Notes under the pieces: generated by a model | The model's database searches: none | What the model was told of the DNA's origin: nothing | Seen by the model: only the letters and a program-made list of their open reading frames with translations | Assembly (NCBI GenBank): GCA_021647885.1 | Contig: JAKITV010000006.1 | Location: 20,272 to 84,271 of the forward strand | Reading direction: 5' to 3' | Source: Flavobacteriaceae bacterium | GTDB taxonomy: Bacteria; Bacteroidota; Bacteroidia; Flavobacteriales; Flavobacteriaceae | DNA: 64,000 nucleotides | Translations under genes and position numbers: made by a program | In this document: piece after piece, positions 46,948 to 57,366 of the stretch | How positions within the stretch are numbered: the stretch's first letter is position 1 | Layout: the number at the start of each line of letters is the position of its first letter

Positions 46948-49371
46948 TTAGTGTTCACTTTCATTTAACCTATCTAATTCTTCTAGATAATTTTCGCGCT
47001 CGTTTGTTTTAAGTTTAGTGTTTCCAAATTTATAACGAAAACCAAGTGTTATATAACGGTTATCCATATTTATAAATCTGGTGTTGTATTGGTTTAAATA
47101 TCGATTTGAAACATCGAAATCTTGCATATTAAACAAATCGGCTGCGGTTAATGAAATAATACCTCTCTTTTTAAGTATGGATTTGGAAATTGATAATTCA
47201 GAAACTAATCTGTCTTCAGAAATAGATAAACCTTGAAGGTTTTTACCAACCCAATACGCTGTAAGGCTTATATTCAAACTTTTGTCTTTTAACAATGTAA
47301 AATCATTTTGTAGCACGCTGTAATTAGACCATTGGTCTTGTTTTACAAATCCATTACCAAAATTAGTTTCTTCTTCTATATTATAAAACGAGGTTACAAA
47401 ATACACAGACCAGTCTTTAGTAACATTAAAATAAGTAATAAAATCGAACCCAAACTCTATGGTTTTGTCTAAATTAACGGGAGTAAAGGAAATGATATTT
47501 GTGTTATTGTCTTGTCTTGGGAGTTCAGAAATCTTACCATCATAATTTTGATAATATGCTTCTATTGTAAAGCTTTTAAATAATGTAGTTCCAATTACAT
47601 AATGATCTTTAAAAACAGGTGTTAAATTTGGGTTGCCAACAACTACAGTATTTTCGTTTAAGAAAAACTGAAATGGATTTAAACTTGTATAGTTTGGTCT
47701 TGTTATGCTGCGCTTATAGTTAGCATAAAGATTAAAACCGTCTAATATATCGTATTGTATGCTGGCATTAGGAAACCATTCCAAATAGTCTTGACTATTA
47801 ACTTCATTATTCGAAATGGAAATGCCCTCAATTTTAGTCTGTTCCACACGTAACCCCAAACTTAAGCTCCATCTTTCTGTGTTTAAACTATAATTAGAAT
47901 ATGAGGCAAATACTTTTTCATCATAATCAAAAACATCAGAGTTTAGAATGTCAATTTGTTCGTTTCCTGTATTAATATCAATGTCAAATTTGGTAATATC
48001 GCTATCTGTTTTAATATTAGAATATTTAATTCCTGCTTCAAAATTTGAAGTTTCGTTTATTGGTAAACTAAAATCTATTTTAGAAGTGAAGATTTTACTG
48101 TCCTGATTGGCATTTGTATTAAATAAAGATGAACTATCCAAGGCGTTGTTTTGATCAAAAAAATCAGTAAAAACATTTTGAAATTTTTCGTTGTCATAAG
48201 TTGTAAAATGCGCATTAAAAGATAATTGCCCTTTTTTTAACAGATGTACATAATCTAAATCAAACCCAAGATTGTACTTATTGTTTCTTGATAAACTATT
48301 GGCATCAAACCGAGACATGAAACTCAAATTTTCATCAGTAATAACAGTGTTATTAGAAATGCGATATTTATAATATGGTAGATATAGCATTGAAGAAGAT
48401 ACACTTAAAGTGTTATTGTCGTCAATAAAATAATCGAAATTAAAGTTAAGGTTATGTGTTTCGGACCATGAATTTCTATCGATATCCGATTTCCATATTT
48501 CTTCTACAGCATCATTACCATCCAGAAAGTTAACAACTTCTTCGCCTTCTCTGTTAATTTTATCTTTGGTATAGTTATAATTGAGGTTGAGGTTTATTTT
48601 TGTGTTCTTAAAAAAGTGACTTGTGCCGACATTGTATCTTGGAAAAACACCTTGAGTATAATTAGAGAACAAAGACCCTCTATATCCTGTAATTAGGTTT
48701 TTACTCATTACGATATTTAAAACTATGCCACTATCGGCATCATATCTAGCGGAAGGGTTTGTAATTACCTCTACCGATTTTATATTATTCGCCGAAGAGC
48801 TTTCTAATAATTGCACCAATTCGTCCGAGGATAAATGCACTTTTCTGTCATTAATATAGACTGTTGGCTCGGATCCTTTAATATTAATTCCACTATCTAA
48901 AACCAAAACGCTTGGAGTATTTCTTAACACTTGGAGGATATTGCCTTCACTTAGCGCAGTGTTTTCTACGTTAAATATTAAACGATCCGACTCCTTCTTG
49001 AATGTTGGTTTTTTATAAGTAATCTCTATTTCGCTTAACGATTCCGCAGACTCTTTTAACACAATAGTTTCAAGGTCTATGTCATTTTCAACTAAAACTT
49101 GTTGTGAAAAATTTTCAAAACCAATAAAACTTACTTTAAGAATGTAGCTTCCAGAAGCAATTTCATTTGTTGAAAATTTTCCGAAGTCGTCTGAAGTTGT
49201 TCCAGTAACAAACGTAGAATCTTGAGTTTTTAACAACACAATATTTGCGTATGCAATAGGTTGATTGGCTTGGTTATAAATTTTTCCAGTAATTGAAAAC
49301 TGTTGCCCAAATACAGTTGCAGAAAGCAACATGCATGAAATTGTAAAAACAAATTTGTTAATTGACTTCAA
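46948..49371 (-). CDS. Outer-membrane beta-barrel protein, TonB-receptor-like, with N-terminal carboxypeptidase-regulatory-like domain
   Basis: Signal peptide, YILKVSFIGF, VEVITNPSARYDA plug motif, GNPNLTP, FRYKFG; TTG start. Confidence 0.85.
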   Translation of the reverse strand: MKSINKFVFTISCMLLSATVFGQQFSITGKIYNQANQPIAYANIVLLKTQDSTFVTGTTSDDFGKFSTNEIASGSYILKVSFIGFENFSQQVLVENDIDLETIVLKESAESLSEIEITYKKPTFKKESDRLIFNVENTALSEGNILQVLRNTPSVLVLDSGINIKGSEPTVYINDRKVHLSSDELVQLLESSSANNIKSVEVITNPSARYDADSGIVLNIVMSKNLITGYRGSLFSNYTQGVFPRYNVGTSHFFKNTKINLNLNYNYTKDKINREGEEVVNFLDGNDAVEEIWKSDIDRNSWSETHNLNFNFDYFIDDNNTLSVSSSMLYLPYYKYRISNNTVITDENLSFMSRFDANSLSRNNKYNLGFDLDYVHLLKKGQLSFNAHFTTYDNEKFQNVFTDFFDQNNALDSSSLFNTNANQDSKIFTSKIDFSLPINETSNFEAGIKYSNIKTDSDITKFDIDINTGNEQIDILNSDVFDYDEKVFASYSNYSLNTERWSLSLGLRVEQTKIEGISISNNEVNSQDYLEWFPNASIQYDILDGFNLYANYKRSITRPNYTSLNPFQFFLNENTVVVGNPNLTPVFKDHYVIGTTLFKSFTIEAYYQNYDGKISELPRQDNNTNIISFTPVNLDKTIEFGFDFITYFNVTKDWSVYFVTSFYNIEEETNFGNGFVKQDQWSNYSVLQNDFTLLKDKSLNISLTAYWVGKNLQGLSISEDRLVSELSISKSILKKRGIISLTAADLFNMQDFDVSNRYLNQYNTRFINMDNRYITLGFRYKFGNTKLKTNERENYLEELDRLNESEH

Positions 49372-49418
49372 AACAAAATATTTAATGGCGCAATATACTA
49401 TTTGTTTTGCACTTTTAA

Positions 49419-49435
49419 TTACGGAAAAACCGTAA
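49419..49435. promoter_or_regulatory. Palindromic operator candidate
   Basis: TTACGG-AAAAA-CCGTAA between the divergent OMP gene and lepA. Confidence 0.5.
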
Positions 49436-49523
49436 ATGCTACTTCATTTTTGTTGAAAATAAAAACACTTAATGCTTAATAAATCAACTATATTTGCAGA
49501 TTAAAGCTTTTGGGTATTACATT

Positions 49524-51320
49524 ATGAAACACATTAGGAACTTTTGTATTATAGCACATATTGACCATGGGAAAAGCACACTAGCCGATCGCTTGTTAGA
49601 GGCAACTGGATCTATTTCAGATCGTGAAAAGAAAGACCAGCTTTTGGATACCATGGATTTAGAAAGAGAACGTGGTATAACTATAAAGTCTCATGCTGTG
49701 CAAATGGAATATACTTATAAAGGTGAAAAGTATGTTTTAAACTTAATCGATACGCCAGGTCATGTTGACTTTTCTTATGAAGTTTCCCGCTCAATTGCAG
49801 CTTGCGAAGGTGCCTTGTTAATAGTAGATGCTGCACAAAGCATTCAGGCGCAAACTATTTCTAATTTATATTTAGCATTAGAAAACGATTTGGAGATTAT
49901 TCCTGTTTTAAATAAAGTAGATTTACCAAGTGCAAATCCAGAAGAAGTAACCGACGATATTGTGGCTCTTTTGGGTTGTGATGCTTCAGAAGTAATTCCT
50001 GCAAGTGCAAAAACTGGAATTGGCATTAAAGAGATTCTATCTGCAATTATAGAGCGTGTGCCTGCACCTAAAGGGAGTCTAGATGAACCCTTACAGGCTT
50101 TAATTTTTGATTCTGTTTACAATTCTTATCGTGGTGTTGAAACTTATTTTAGAATTTTTAATGGTTCTATTAAAAAAGGGCAGCAGATTAAATTTGTAGC
50201 AACAGGAGAAACTTATACGGCAGACGAAGTAGGAACTTTAAAACTAAAGCAAGTTCCCAAAAAAGAAATAAAAGCTGGAGATGTAGGATATCTAATTACT
50301 GGTATTAAAGATGCTCGAGAAGTAAAAGTTGGAGACACTATTACAGATGCTAAAAACCCAACTACAAATATTGTTGAAGGATTTGAAGATGTAAAACCAA
50401 TGGTTTTTGCAGGGATTTATCCTGTAGATACTGATGATTATGAGGAGCTTCGGTACTCCATGGAAAAGCTTCAGCTTAATGATGCTTCTTTGGTTTTTCA
50501 GCCTGAAAGTTCTGCAGCTTTAGGCTTTGGTTTTCGTTGTGGCTTTTTAGGAATGCTTCACCTTGAGATTATTCAAGAACGCCTTGAAAGAGAGTACAAC
50601 ATGACAGTTATTACAACCGTTCCGAACGTAAGTTATCATGCCTTTACTAGAAAACATCTTAATACGCCACTAATAGTTAATAACCCAGCCGATTTACCTG
50701 ACCCTTCTGGCTTAGATCGTGTCGAGGAGCCATACATTAAAGCCTCTATTATTACAAAGTCAGATTTTGTTGGCAATGTAATGAATTTATGTATAGATAA
50801 ACGTGGGCTTATTACTAACCAAACCTATTTAACTACAGAGCGTGTTGAGTTAAATTTCGATATGCCTTTAGCAGAAATTGTATTTGATTTTTATGATAGA
50901 TTAAAAACAGTATCTAAAGGTTACGCCTCATTTGATTATCATCCAATTGGAATGCGAACTTCAAAATTAGTTCGTGTAGATATTTTATTAAACTCTCAAC
51001 CAGTTGATGCACTTTCTGCTTTAATACATGCAGATAATGCACATAACATTGGTAAAAAAATGTGCTCGAAACTTAGAGAACTTATCCCAAGGCAACAGTT
51101 CGATATTCCTATTCAAGCAGCAATTGGAGCAAAAATTATATCGAGAGAAACTATTAAGGCTTTACGAAAAGATGTAACAGCAAAATGTTATGGTGGAGAC
51201 ATTTCGCGTAAGCGAAAACTTCTTGAAAAACAGAAAAAAGGCAAAAAACGAATGCGGCAAGTTGGCAATGTAGAAATACCTCAACAAGCGTTTATGGCTG
51301 TTTTAAAGCTTAACGATTAA
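49524..51320 (+). CDS. lepA: Elongation factor 4 (LepA)
   Basis: [42 protein letters not shown]; ATG 49524, -7 box TATATTTG at 49489-96. Confidence 0.98.
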   Translation: MKHIRNFCIIAHIDHGKSTLADRLLEATGSISDREKKDQLLDTMDLERERGITIKSHAVQMEYTYKGEKYVLNLIDTPGHVDFSYEVSRSIAACEGALLIVDAAQSIQAQTISNLYLALENDLEIIPVLNKVDLPSANPEEVTDDIVALLGCDASEVIPASAKTGIGIKEILSAIIERVPAPKGSLDEPLQALIFDSVYNSYRGVETYFRIFNGSIKKGQQIKFVATGETYTADEVGTLKLKQVPKKEIKAGDVGYLITGIKDAREVKVGDTITDAKNPTTNIVEGFEDVKPMVFAGIYPVDTDDYEELRYSMEKLQLNDASLVFQPESSAALGFGFRCGFLGMLHLEIIQERLEREYNMTVITTVPNVSYHAFTRKHLNTPLIVNNPADLPDPSGLDRVEEPYIKASIITKSDFVGNVMNLCIDKRGLITNQTYLTTERVELNFDMPLAEIVFDFYDRLKTVSKGYASFDYHPIGMRTSKLVRVDILLNSQPVDALSALIHADNAHNIGKKMCSKLRELIPRQQFDIPIQAAIGAKIISRETIKALRKDVTAKCYGGDISRKRKLLEKQKKGKKRMRQVGNVEIPQQAFMAVLKLND

Positions 51321-51339
51321 TATATTCACACCAAATTAA

Positions 51340-51690
51340 TTACTCATTATGCAACCAAGCCTTCTTCTGTAATAGTTGGTCTTCAGTTTCTTCATGATCC
51401 TCATCAGGAACACAACAATCGACAGGACAAACGGAAGCACATTGAGGTTCATCATGGAAACCTTTACATTCTGTGCACTTATCTGGTACAATAAAATAAA
51501 ACTCATCAGATATAGGTTCGTTTTCTGCATCAGCATCAACTTCCTCTCCGTTAGGTAGTGTAACCATGCCACTTAAGGTGGTTTCATCTGAATATGTCCA
51601 TTCTTGATCTGGTTCGTAAATTGCATTGTTTGGACACTCAACAACACAAGCGTCACAGTTAATACATTCATCTGTTATTATAATTGCCAT
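51340..51690 (-). CDS. 2[4Fe-4S] ferredoxin (YfhL / Allochromatium-type)
   Basis: [12 protein letters not shown] and CTEC-x8-CASVCP; strongly acidic; C-terminal helix. Confidence 0.93.
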   Translation of the reverse strand: MAIIITDECINCDACVVECPNNAIYEPDQEWTYSDETTLSGMVTLPNGEEVDADAENEPISDEFYFIVPDKCTECKGFHDEPQCASVCPVDCCVPDEDHEETEDQLLQKKAWLHNE

Positions 51691-51722
51691 AATTTATCTA
51701 TTTTTAGAAAATTAAATTTTTG

Positions 51723-51796
51723 TAAAATTAAATCTCTTTTTAAAGCTTTAATGTGATAAAAATCATGTTTCGTTTTAAAAAGTGAAATTATCTTTG
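51723..51796. promoter_or_regulatory. Divergent promoter pair with a central CRP/FNR-type site
   Basis: TGTGA-TAAAAA-TCATG (51752-67; core TGAT-N4-ATCA) centred at 51759.5; TATCTTTG (+, 51789-96) and TAATTTTA (-, 51730-23) each start 29.5 bp from the centre. Confidence 0.65.
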
Positions 51797-51865
51797 ATTT
51801 TTCTATTTTTAAAAGTATTAATTTTTTGATAAATTTAATTAAAATTTTCAAACTAACATAAATTT

Positions 51866-53722
51866 ATGGTTACATCAAAAGTAAATCATCAACAAGAAGT
51901 TTTAGAAGCGGTTATTATTCGGTTTGTTGGTGATTCAGGAGATGGTATGCAGTTAACAGGGACACAATTTTCTGATACATCTGCAATGTTTGGTAATGAT
52001 ATTGCCACCTTTCCTAACTATCCTTCCGAAATTAGAGCTCCTCAAGGGAGTTTATATGGAGTTTCTGGGTTTCAAGTTCATATAGGTAGTGTAGAAATTA
52101 GCACGCCTGGAGATAATGTAGATTGGCTTGTCGCCATGAATCCTGCTGGATTAAAGACCAACTTACAAGCCGTAAAGCCAGGGCATACTATTATTGTCGA
52201 TACCGATTCTTTTACGAAAAAGAATTTAGTGAAAGCACAATATGAGTCTAATCCATTAGAAGATGGAAGCCTTGAAAATTATCGTGTTATAGAAGTTGCT
52301 ATGACTTCATTAACTAAAGAAGCTCTAAAAAATGTTGAAGGACTGGATAATAAAAGCATAACTAGAAGTAAAAACATGTTTGCTTTGGGCATGGTGTATT
52401 GGATGTATGATCGTTCTACAGAACATACAATTGCTTTTTTTAATAAAAAGTTTAAATCTAAGCCCGAATTAATAGAAGCCAACACCAAAGTATTAAACAC
52501 GGGCTATTATTTTGCCGAGACCCTTGAGCTTATTCCGAATGCTTATACTATTTCTCCTGCAAAAATGGAACCTGGAAATTACAGGATTATTATGGGAAAT
52601 ACTGCAACAGCTTGGGGCTTTTTAGCAGCAGCTGAAAAATCTGGTTTAGAATTGTTTTTAGGTTCTTATCCTATAACTCCTGCAACAGATATTTTACATG
52701 AATTAGTTAAACACAAGCATTTTGGCGTAAAAGCTTTTCAGGCAGAAGACGAAATTGCTGGAATAACATCTGCTATTGGAGCGTCTTTTGCTGGAGATTT
52801 AGCTATTACAACTACTTCTGGGCCAGGTTTAGCCTTAAAAGGCGAAGCTTTAGGTTTAGCTATGATGATAGAATTGCCTTTGGTTGTAGTTAATGTTCAA
52901 CGTGGTGGGCCTTCTACAGGGTTACCAACAAAGACCGAACAATCCGATTTGTTACAATCGCTTTATGGTAGAAATGGTGAAAGCCCAGTAATAGTAATTG
53001 CCGCAAGCACTCCAGCTAACTGTTTCGATTTTGCTTACCAAGCGGCTAAACTTACATTAGAACATATGACTCCTGTTATCTTATTAACAGATGGCTATAT
53101 CGCAAATGGATCTGCGCCTTGGAAAATACAATCTGTAGATGATCTGCCTGAAATAAAAAATAACATTGTTAATGAAGTAAATGAAAATTGGCACCCTTAT
53201 AATAGAAATGAAGATACTCTGGCTCGAAATTGGGCAATTCCTGGAACTGCTGGTTTAGAACATAGAGTTGGAGGATTAGAAAAAGATCGTGTTTCTGGAA
53301 ATGTGTCTTATGCTCCTGAAAATCATGAGTATATGACTAATATTAGATCCGAAAAAATTAAGCGTGTTCAAAATTATATTCCTGAATTAACTACTGAATT
53401 TGCAGACAGTGGCGATTTACTTGTTATTGGTTGGGGAGGAACGTATGGTTCTTTACATTCGGCAGTAAAGCAAATAAACGAAGAAGGCTATTCAAATATA
53501 GGTTTTGCGCATTTTAATTATATAAACCCGCTTCCAAAAAATACTGAAACAATTCTAAAGCAATTCAAAAAAATTGTTGTTTGTGAATTAAATAACGGAC
53601 AGTTTGCTAAAGTGTTAAAAATGAACTTTGATGGACTAAACTTGTCACAATTTAATAAAATACAAGGACTCCCATTTGGTAATAGTGAATTAATTGAGAA
53701 ATTTAAACAACTCGTAAAATAA
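51866..53722 (+). CDS. korA: 2-oxoacid:ferredoxin oxidoreductase alpha subunit (gamma-alpha fusion)
   Basis: GDSGDG, YPSEIR, YPITPA, QAEDE, TTSGPG, QRGGPSTGLPT; substrate not determinable from sequence. Confidence 0.92.
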   Translation: MVTSKVNHQQEVLEAVIIRFVGDSGDGMQLTGTQFSDTSAMFGNDIATFPNYPSEIRAPQGSLYGVSGFQVHIGSVEISTPGDNVDWLVAMNPAGLKTNLQAVKPGHTIIVDTDSFTKKNLVKAQYESNPLEDGSLENYRVIEVAMTSLTKEALKNVEGLDNKSITRSKNMFALGMVYWMYDRSTEHTIAFFNKKFKSKPELIEANTKVLNTGYYFAETLELIPNAYTISPAKMEPGNYRIIMGNTATAWGFLAAAEKSGLELFLGSYPITPATDILHELVKHKHFGVKAFQAEDEIAGITSAIGASFAGDLAITTTSGPGLALKGEALGLAMMIELPLVVVNVQRGGPSTGLPTKTEQSDLLQSLYGRNGESPVIVIAASTPANCFDFAYQAAKLTLEHMTPVILLTDGYIANGSAPWKIQSVDDLPEIKNNIVNEVNENWHPYNRNEDTLARNWAIPGTAGLEHRVGGLEKDRVSGNVSYAPENHEYMTNIRSEKIKRVQNYIPELTTEFADSGDLLVIGWGGTYGSLHSAVKQINEEGYSNIGFAHFNYINPLPKNTETILKQFKKIVVCELNNGQFAKVLKMNFDGLNLSQFNKIQGLPFGNSELIEKFKQLVK

Positions 53723-53724
53723 AT

Positions 53725-54738
53725 ATGGAAACAACTGCTGTAAAAGAATATACATTTAAAGATTTTACTAGTGATCAAGAAATAAGATGGTGTCCTGGCT
53801 GCGATGATTACGTTATTTTACGCGCAATGCAAAAGGCGCTTCCAGAAATGGGTGTTAAAAGAGAAGACGTGGTATTTATTTCTGGTATAGGGTGTTCTTC
53901 ACGCTTTCCATATTATATAGACTCTTATGGAATGCATAGTATTCATGGTAGAGCTCCTGGAGTTGCGTCTGGTGTAAAATTGGCTAATCCCAATTTAAGT
54001 GTTTGGGTTATTACTGGAGATGGAGATGCTCTGGCTATAGGTGGAAATCATTTTATTCATGTATTGCGTAGAAATATTGATTTAAACATCATCTTATTTA
54101 ACAACGAAATTTACGGTTTAACCAAAGGTCAATTTTCACCAACATCATTAGTAGGTCAAAAAACAAAATCATCGCCTTACGGAAACACACAACCTCCTTT
54201 TTCGCCAGGCGAATTAGCGATTGGTGCTCAAGCAAGATTTTTTGCGAGAATTGGTGGTAATACTCCTAAAGAAATGACTCAATTGTTTATTGAAGCTGAA
54301 AAGTTTAAAGGTACTTCCCTAATTGAAGTTTTACAAAACTGCCCAATATTTAATGATGGTTGTTATGATGCTATTACTGACAAAGCCGTTAGAGCAGACA
54401 AACAATTATTTGTAGAACATGGTAAACCCATGATATTTGGGAAGGAACGTGATAAAGGATTAATCTTAAATGGCTTAAAACTAGAAGTTGTAGCCATTGG
54501 AGAAAACGGAATTACTGAAAACGATATAATAGTACATGACGCTAAAGAACAAGATTCTACATTACATCAAATGCTGGTTAGATTGCAATATCCAATAGTA
54601 ACAGGTATTATACGAAGTTTTGATGATGCTACTTTGGAAGAAAGAGAGGATGCATTAACAGCCGAAGTTAAAGCAAGCTCTAAATTTACTAAAACCGACG
54701 ATTTATTTTTCTCTGGAGACACTTATAAAGTTGAATAA
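53725..54738 (+). CDS. korB: 2-oxoacid:ferredoxin oxidoreductase beta subunit
   Basis: WCPGC, SGIGCS, GDGD TPP motif, NNEIYGLTKGQ, QNC. Confidence 0.93.
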   Translation: METTAVKEYTFKDFTSDQEIRWCPGCDDYVILRAMQKALPEMGVKREDVVFISGIGCSSRFPYYIDSYGMHSIHGRAPGVASGVKLANPNLSVWVITGDGDALAIGGNHFIHVLRRNIDLNIILFNNEIYGLTKGQFSPTSLVGQKTKSSPYGNTQPPFSPGELAIGAQARFFARIGGNTPKEMTQLFIEAEKFKGTSLIEVLQNCPIFNDGCYDAITDKAVRADKQLFVEHGKPMIFGKERDKGLILNGLKLEVVAIGENGITENDIIVHDAKEQDSTLHQMLVRLQYPIVTGIIRSFDDATLEEREDALTAEVKASSKFTKTDDLFFSGDTYKVE

Positions 54739-54755
54739 AACAATAAACATATAAA

Positions 54756-55106
54756 ATGGGATCTGAAGCCATAATTGTATTTTTGCTCGCAGGTATTGTA
54801 ATGGTTGCTGGTGCAAATTTTTTGTCTAATTTAATTTCGCATAAATCAGATAATCCTCAAAAAAGAGAACCTTACGAAAGTGGGATGGTAACAAAAGGAA
54901 CGACTTGGGTTCAATTTAAAGTAGGTTACTATCTATTCGCAATTTTATTTTTAATTTTTGATGTTGAGGTTGCATTTTTAATTCCTTGGGCTGTAGCGTA
55001 CAAAAGTGTAGGAGCCGTAGCCTTTATAGAAATACTTGTTTTTCTAATAATATTAGGAATAGGATTATTATACGCATGGAAAAAAGGAGCTTTAAAATGG
55101 GAATAG
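54756..55106 (+). CDS. nuoA: Complex I subunit A
   Basis: [22 protein letters not shown]. Confidence 0.95.
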   Translation: MGSEAIIVFLLAGIVMVAGANFLSNLISHKSDNPQKREPYESGMVTKGTTWVQFKVGYYLFAILFLIFDVEVAFLIPWAVAYKSVGAVAFIEILVFLIILGIGLLYAWKKGALKWE

Positions 55107-55657
55107 AAAAAGCAAATAATGCTACTGAAAATTTTCCAGGAAAAGTAATTCCTGGTGGAAATGGAGCCAATATCGTTGTGACTTCATTAGATAAAGTAAT
55201 AAATTGGGGGCGATCAAATTCGCTTTGGCCATTGTATTTTGGCACCAGTTGCTGCGCTATAGAAATGATGCAAACAGGTGCTTCTCGCCATGACTATTCA
55301 AGATTTGGTTTCGAAGTGGCAAGACCTTCTCCAAGACAAGCCGATTTAATTATTATTGCAGGAACTATCGTAAATAAAATGGCTCCAGTATTACGCCGAT
55401 TGTACGACCAAATGGCAGAACCTAAATATGTTATTGCAATGGGTGCTTGTGCTATTTCAGGAGGGCCTTTTTTTTACAATACTTATTCTGTAGTAAAAGG
55501 AGCAGATCATGTAATTCCTGTAGATATTTATGTGCCAGGATGTCCGCCTAGACCTGAAGCCTTATTAGAAGGTATGTTAATGCTTCAGGATAAAATACGA
55601 ACAGAAAGCATGAAGCATAAAATAAATCCAATCGATGGATTTGACGAAGGATTATAA
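55097..55657 (+). CDS. nuoB: Complex I subunit B (cluster N2)
   Basis: [26 protein letters not shown]; ATG 55097 overlaps the end of nuoA. Confidence 0.95.
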   Translation: MGIEKANNATENFPGKVIPGGNGANIVVTSLDKVINWGRSNSLWPLYFGTSCCAIEMMQTGASRHDYSRFGFEVARPSPRQADLIIIAGTIVNKMAPVLRRLYDQMAEPKYVIAMGACAISGGPFFYNTYSVVKGADHVIPVDIYVPGCPPRPEALLEGMLMLQDKIRTESMKHKINPIDGFDEGL

Positions 55658-55668
55658 AATTGATTGTT

Positions 55669-56229
55669 ATGACAAATGAAGAATTACAAGATTTAATTGG
55701 CAGTTGGTTTCCTAATCCAGAAACTGACAAATTTTCTGAAATTGTAGAAGCTTCTGAAACAGAGGGCTCTTCAGAAGAAGCACTTGAACCTTCAAAACCA
55801 ATCAATCCTAGTCTTTTAGAATTTACCCAAGAAGGCTCTCAATTTTTAAATATTAATGTAAACCCTAAACAGCTTCACGCTTTGATGAATCAATTAAAGA
55901 GCAATGAACAAACCAATTTTGATTATTTGTTTTGTTTAAGTGGTGTAGATTGGGGAGAAGCATTAGGGGTTGTGTATCATTTAGAATCTACAACCCACAG
56001 ACATACAATCGTTGTTAAAGCGAATACAAAAGATAGAGAAAAACCAACATTAGATTCGGTTTATAATATTTGGGCAACTGCCGAATTTCATGAACGTGAA
56101 GTGTTTGATTTCTTTGGAATAAAATTCAATAATCATCCTAATTTAAAACGACTCTTTTTAACCGACGACTGGGAAGGTTATCCATTAAGAAAAGATTATG
56201 TAGATGAAATTAACATGGTTATCAAATAA
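55669..56229 (+). CDS. nuoC: Complex I subunit C
   Basis: FDYL..LSGVD, EREVFDFFGI.F..HP.L.R, GYPLRKDY; acidic N-terminal insert. Confidence 0.92.
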   Translation: MTNEELQDLIGSWFPNPETDKFSEIVEASETEGSSEEALEPSKPINPSLLEFTQEGSQFLNINVNPKQLHALMNQLKSNEQTNFDYLFCLSGVDWGEALGVVYHLESTTHRHTIVVKANTKDREKPTLDSVYNIWATAEFHEREVFDFFGIKFNNHPNLKRLFLTDDWEGYPLRKDYVDEINMVIK

Positions 56230-56234
56230 AAAGA

Positions 56235-57356
56235 ATGCAAGAAACAACGATAGATAAAAGTTTTAAAACAGAGCCGTACCAAATTAATATGGGACCTCAG
56301 CATCCTGCAACTCATGGTGTTTTACGTCTTGTATTAACTATAGATGGGGAGATCATTAAAAAAGTCGAGCCAGATTTAGGATATATACATCGCTCTATCG
56401 AGAAAATGTGTGAGCGCGATAGTTATCAGCAAATAGTACACTTAACAGATAGAATGGATTATTTATCCTCGCACATTAATAATGAAGCTGTTTGCTTAAC
56501 TGTTGAAAACGCTTTAGAATTAGAAATTCCTGAACGTGTAAAATATGTTAGAACCATTATTGGAGAACTCACTAGAATTGCTTCTCATTGCTTGTGGTGG
56601 GGAGTTATGGGTATGGACGTTGGTGCGCTAACTACATATTTTTATGGTTTCAGAGACCGAGAAATGATTAACGATATTTTTGAAGAAACTTGTGGTGCAC
56701 GATTAACGATGAATTATAATGTCCCAGGAGGGTTAATGTTTGATATCCATCCAAATTTTGTAAAAAGAACTAAAGATTTTATAGCTCATTTTAAAACAAA
56801 ACTTCCTGAATACGATAGGCTTTTAACTGAAAATGTAATCTTTCAAAAAAGAACAAAAGGCGTAGGCATTTTATCAAAAGAAGATGCTATTTCTTTTGGA
56901 GCAACAGGCCCAGTTGGTCGTGCCTCTGGCTTTTCTTGCGATGTGAGAAAGCACCATCCTTATAGCGCTTTGGATAAGGTGACTTTTAATGAAGCTTTAA
57001 AAACCGAAGGAGATACTTTTGCGCGTTACCAAGTTAGAATTCAAGAAATGTGGGAGTCGTTATCAATAGTTGAACAATTAATAGATAACATTCCTGAAGG
57101 AGATTTTAGAGTCGCCACAAAAGCTGTTATAAAATTACCAAAAGGGGAATTTTACCAAAAAGTAGAAACCGCTAGAGGAGAACTTGGAGTGTATATTATT
57201 AGTACAGGAACTAAAAATCCGTATCGGCTTAAATTCCGGTCACCTGGATTTTCAAATTTATCGCTGCTAAATCATATTTCTGTTGGTGGTAAAATAGGAG
57301 ATTTGGTTGCTACTATGGCGACTTTAGATCTTGTAATTCCAGATATTGACCGATAA
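56235..57356 (+). CDS. nuoD: Complex I subunit D (quinone-binding; no NiFe ligands)
   Basis: NMGPQHPATHGVLRL, GYIHR, RMDY, C-terminal DIDR; no CxxC pairs. Confidence 0.95.
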   Translation: MQETTIDKSFKTEPYQINMGPQHPATHGVLRLVLTIDGEIIKKVEPDLGYIHRSIEKMCERDSYQQIVHLTDRMDYLSSHINNEAVCLTVENALELEIPERVKYVRTIIGELTRIASHCLWWGVMGMDVGALTTYFYGFRDREMINDIFEETCGARLTMNYNVPGGLMFDIHPNFVKRTKDFIAHFKTKLPEYDRLLTENVIFQKRTKGVGILSKEDAISFGATGPVGRASGFSCDVRKHHPYSALDKVTFNEALKTEGDTFARYQVRIQEMWESLSIVEQLIDNIPEGDFRVATKAVIKLPKGEFYQKVETARGELGVYIISTGTKNPYRLKFRSPGFSNLSLLNHISVGGKIGDLVATMATLDLVIPDIDR

Positions 57357-57366
57357 AAAATATATA

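Noticed and set aside
56235-57356. Group 4 [NiFe]-hydrogenase (Ech/Mbh-like) interpretation of the membrane complex
   Set aside because: The large subunit lacks both Ni-binding CxxC motifs and keeps quinone-site motifs; NuoA, J and K are present; no maturation genes in the window.
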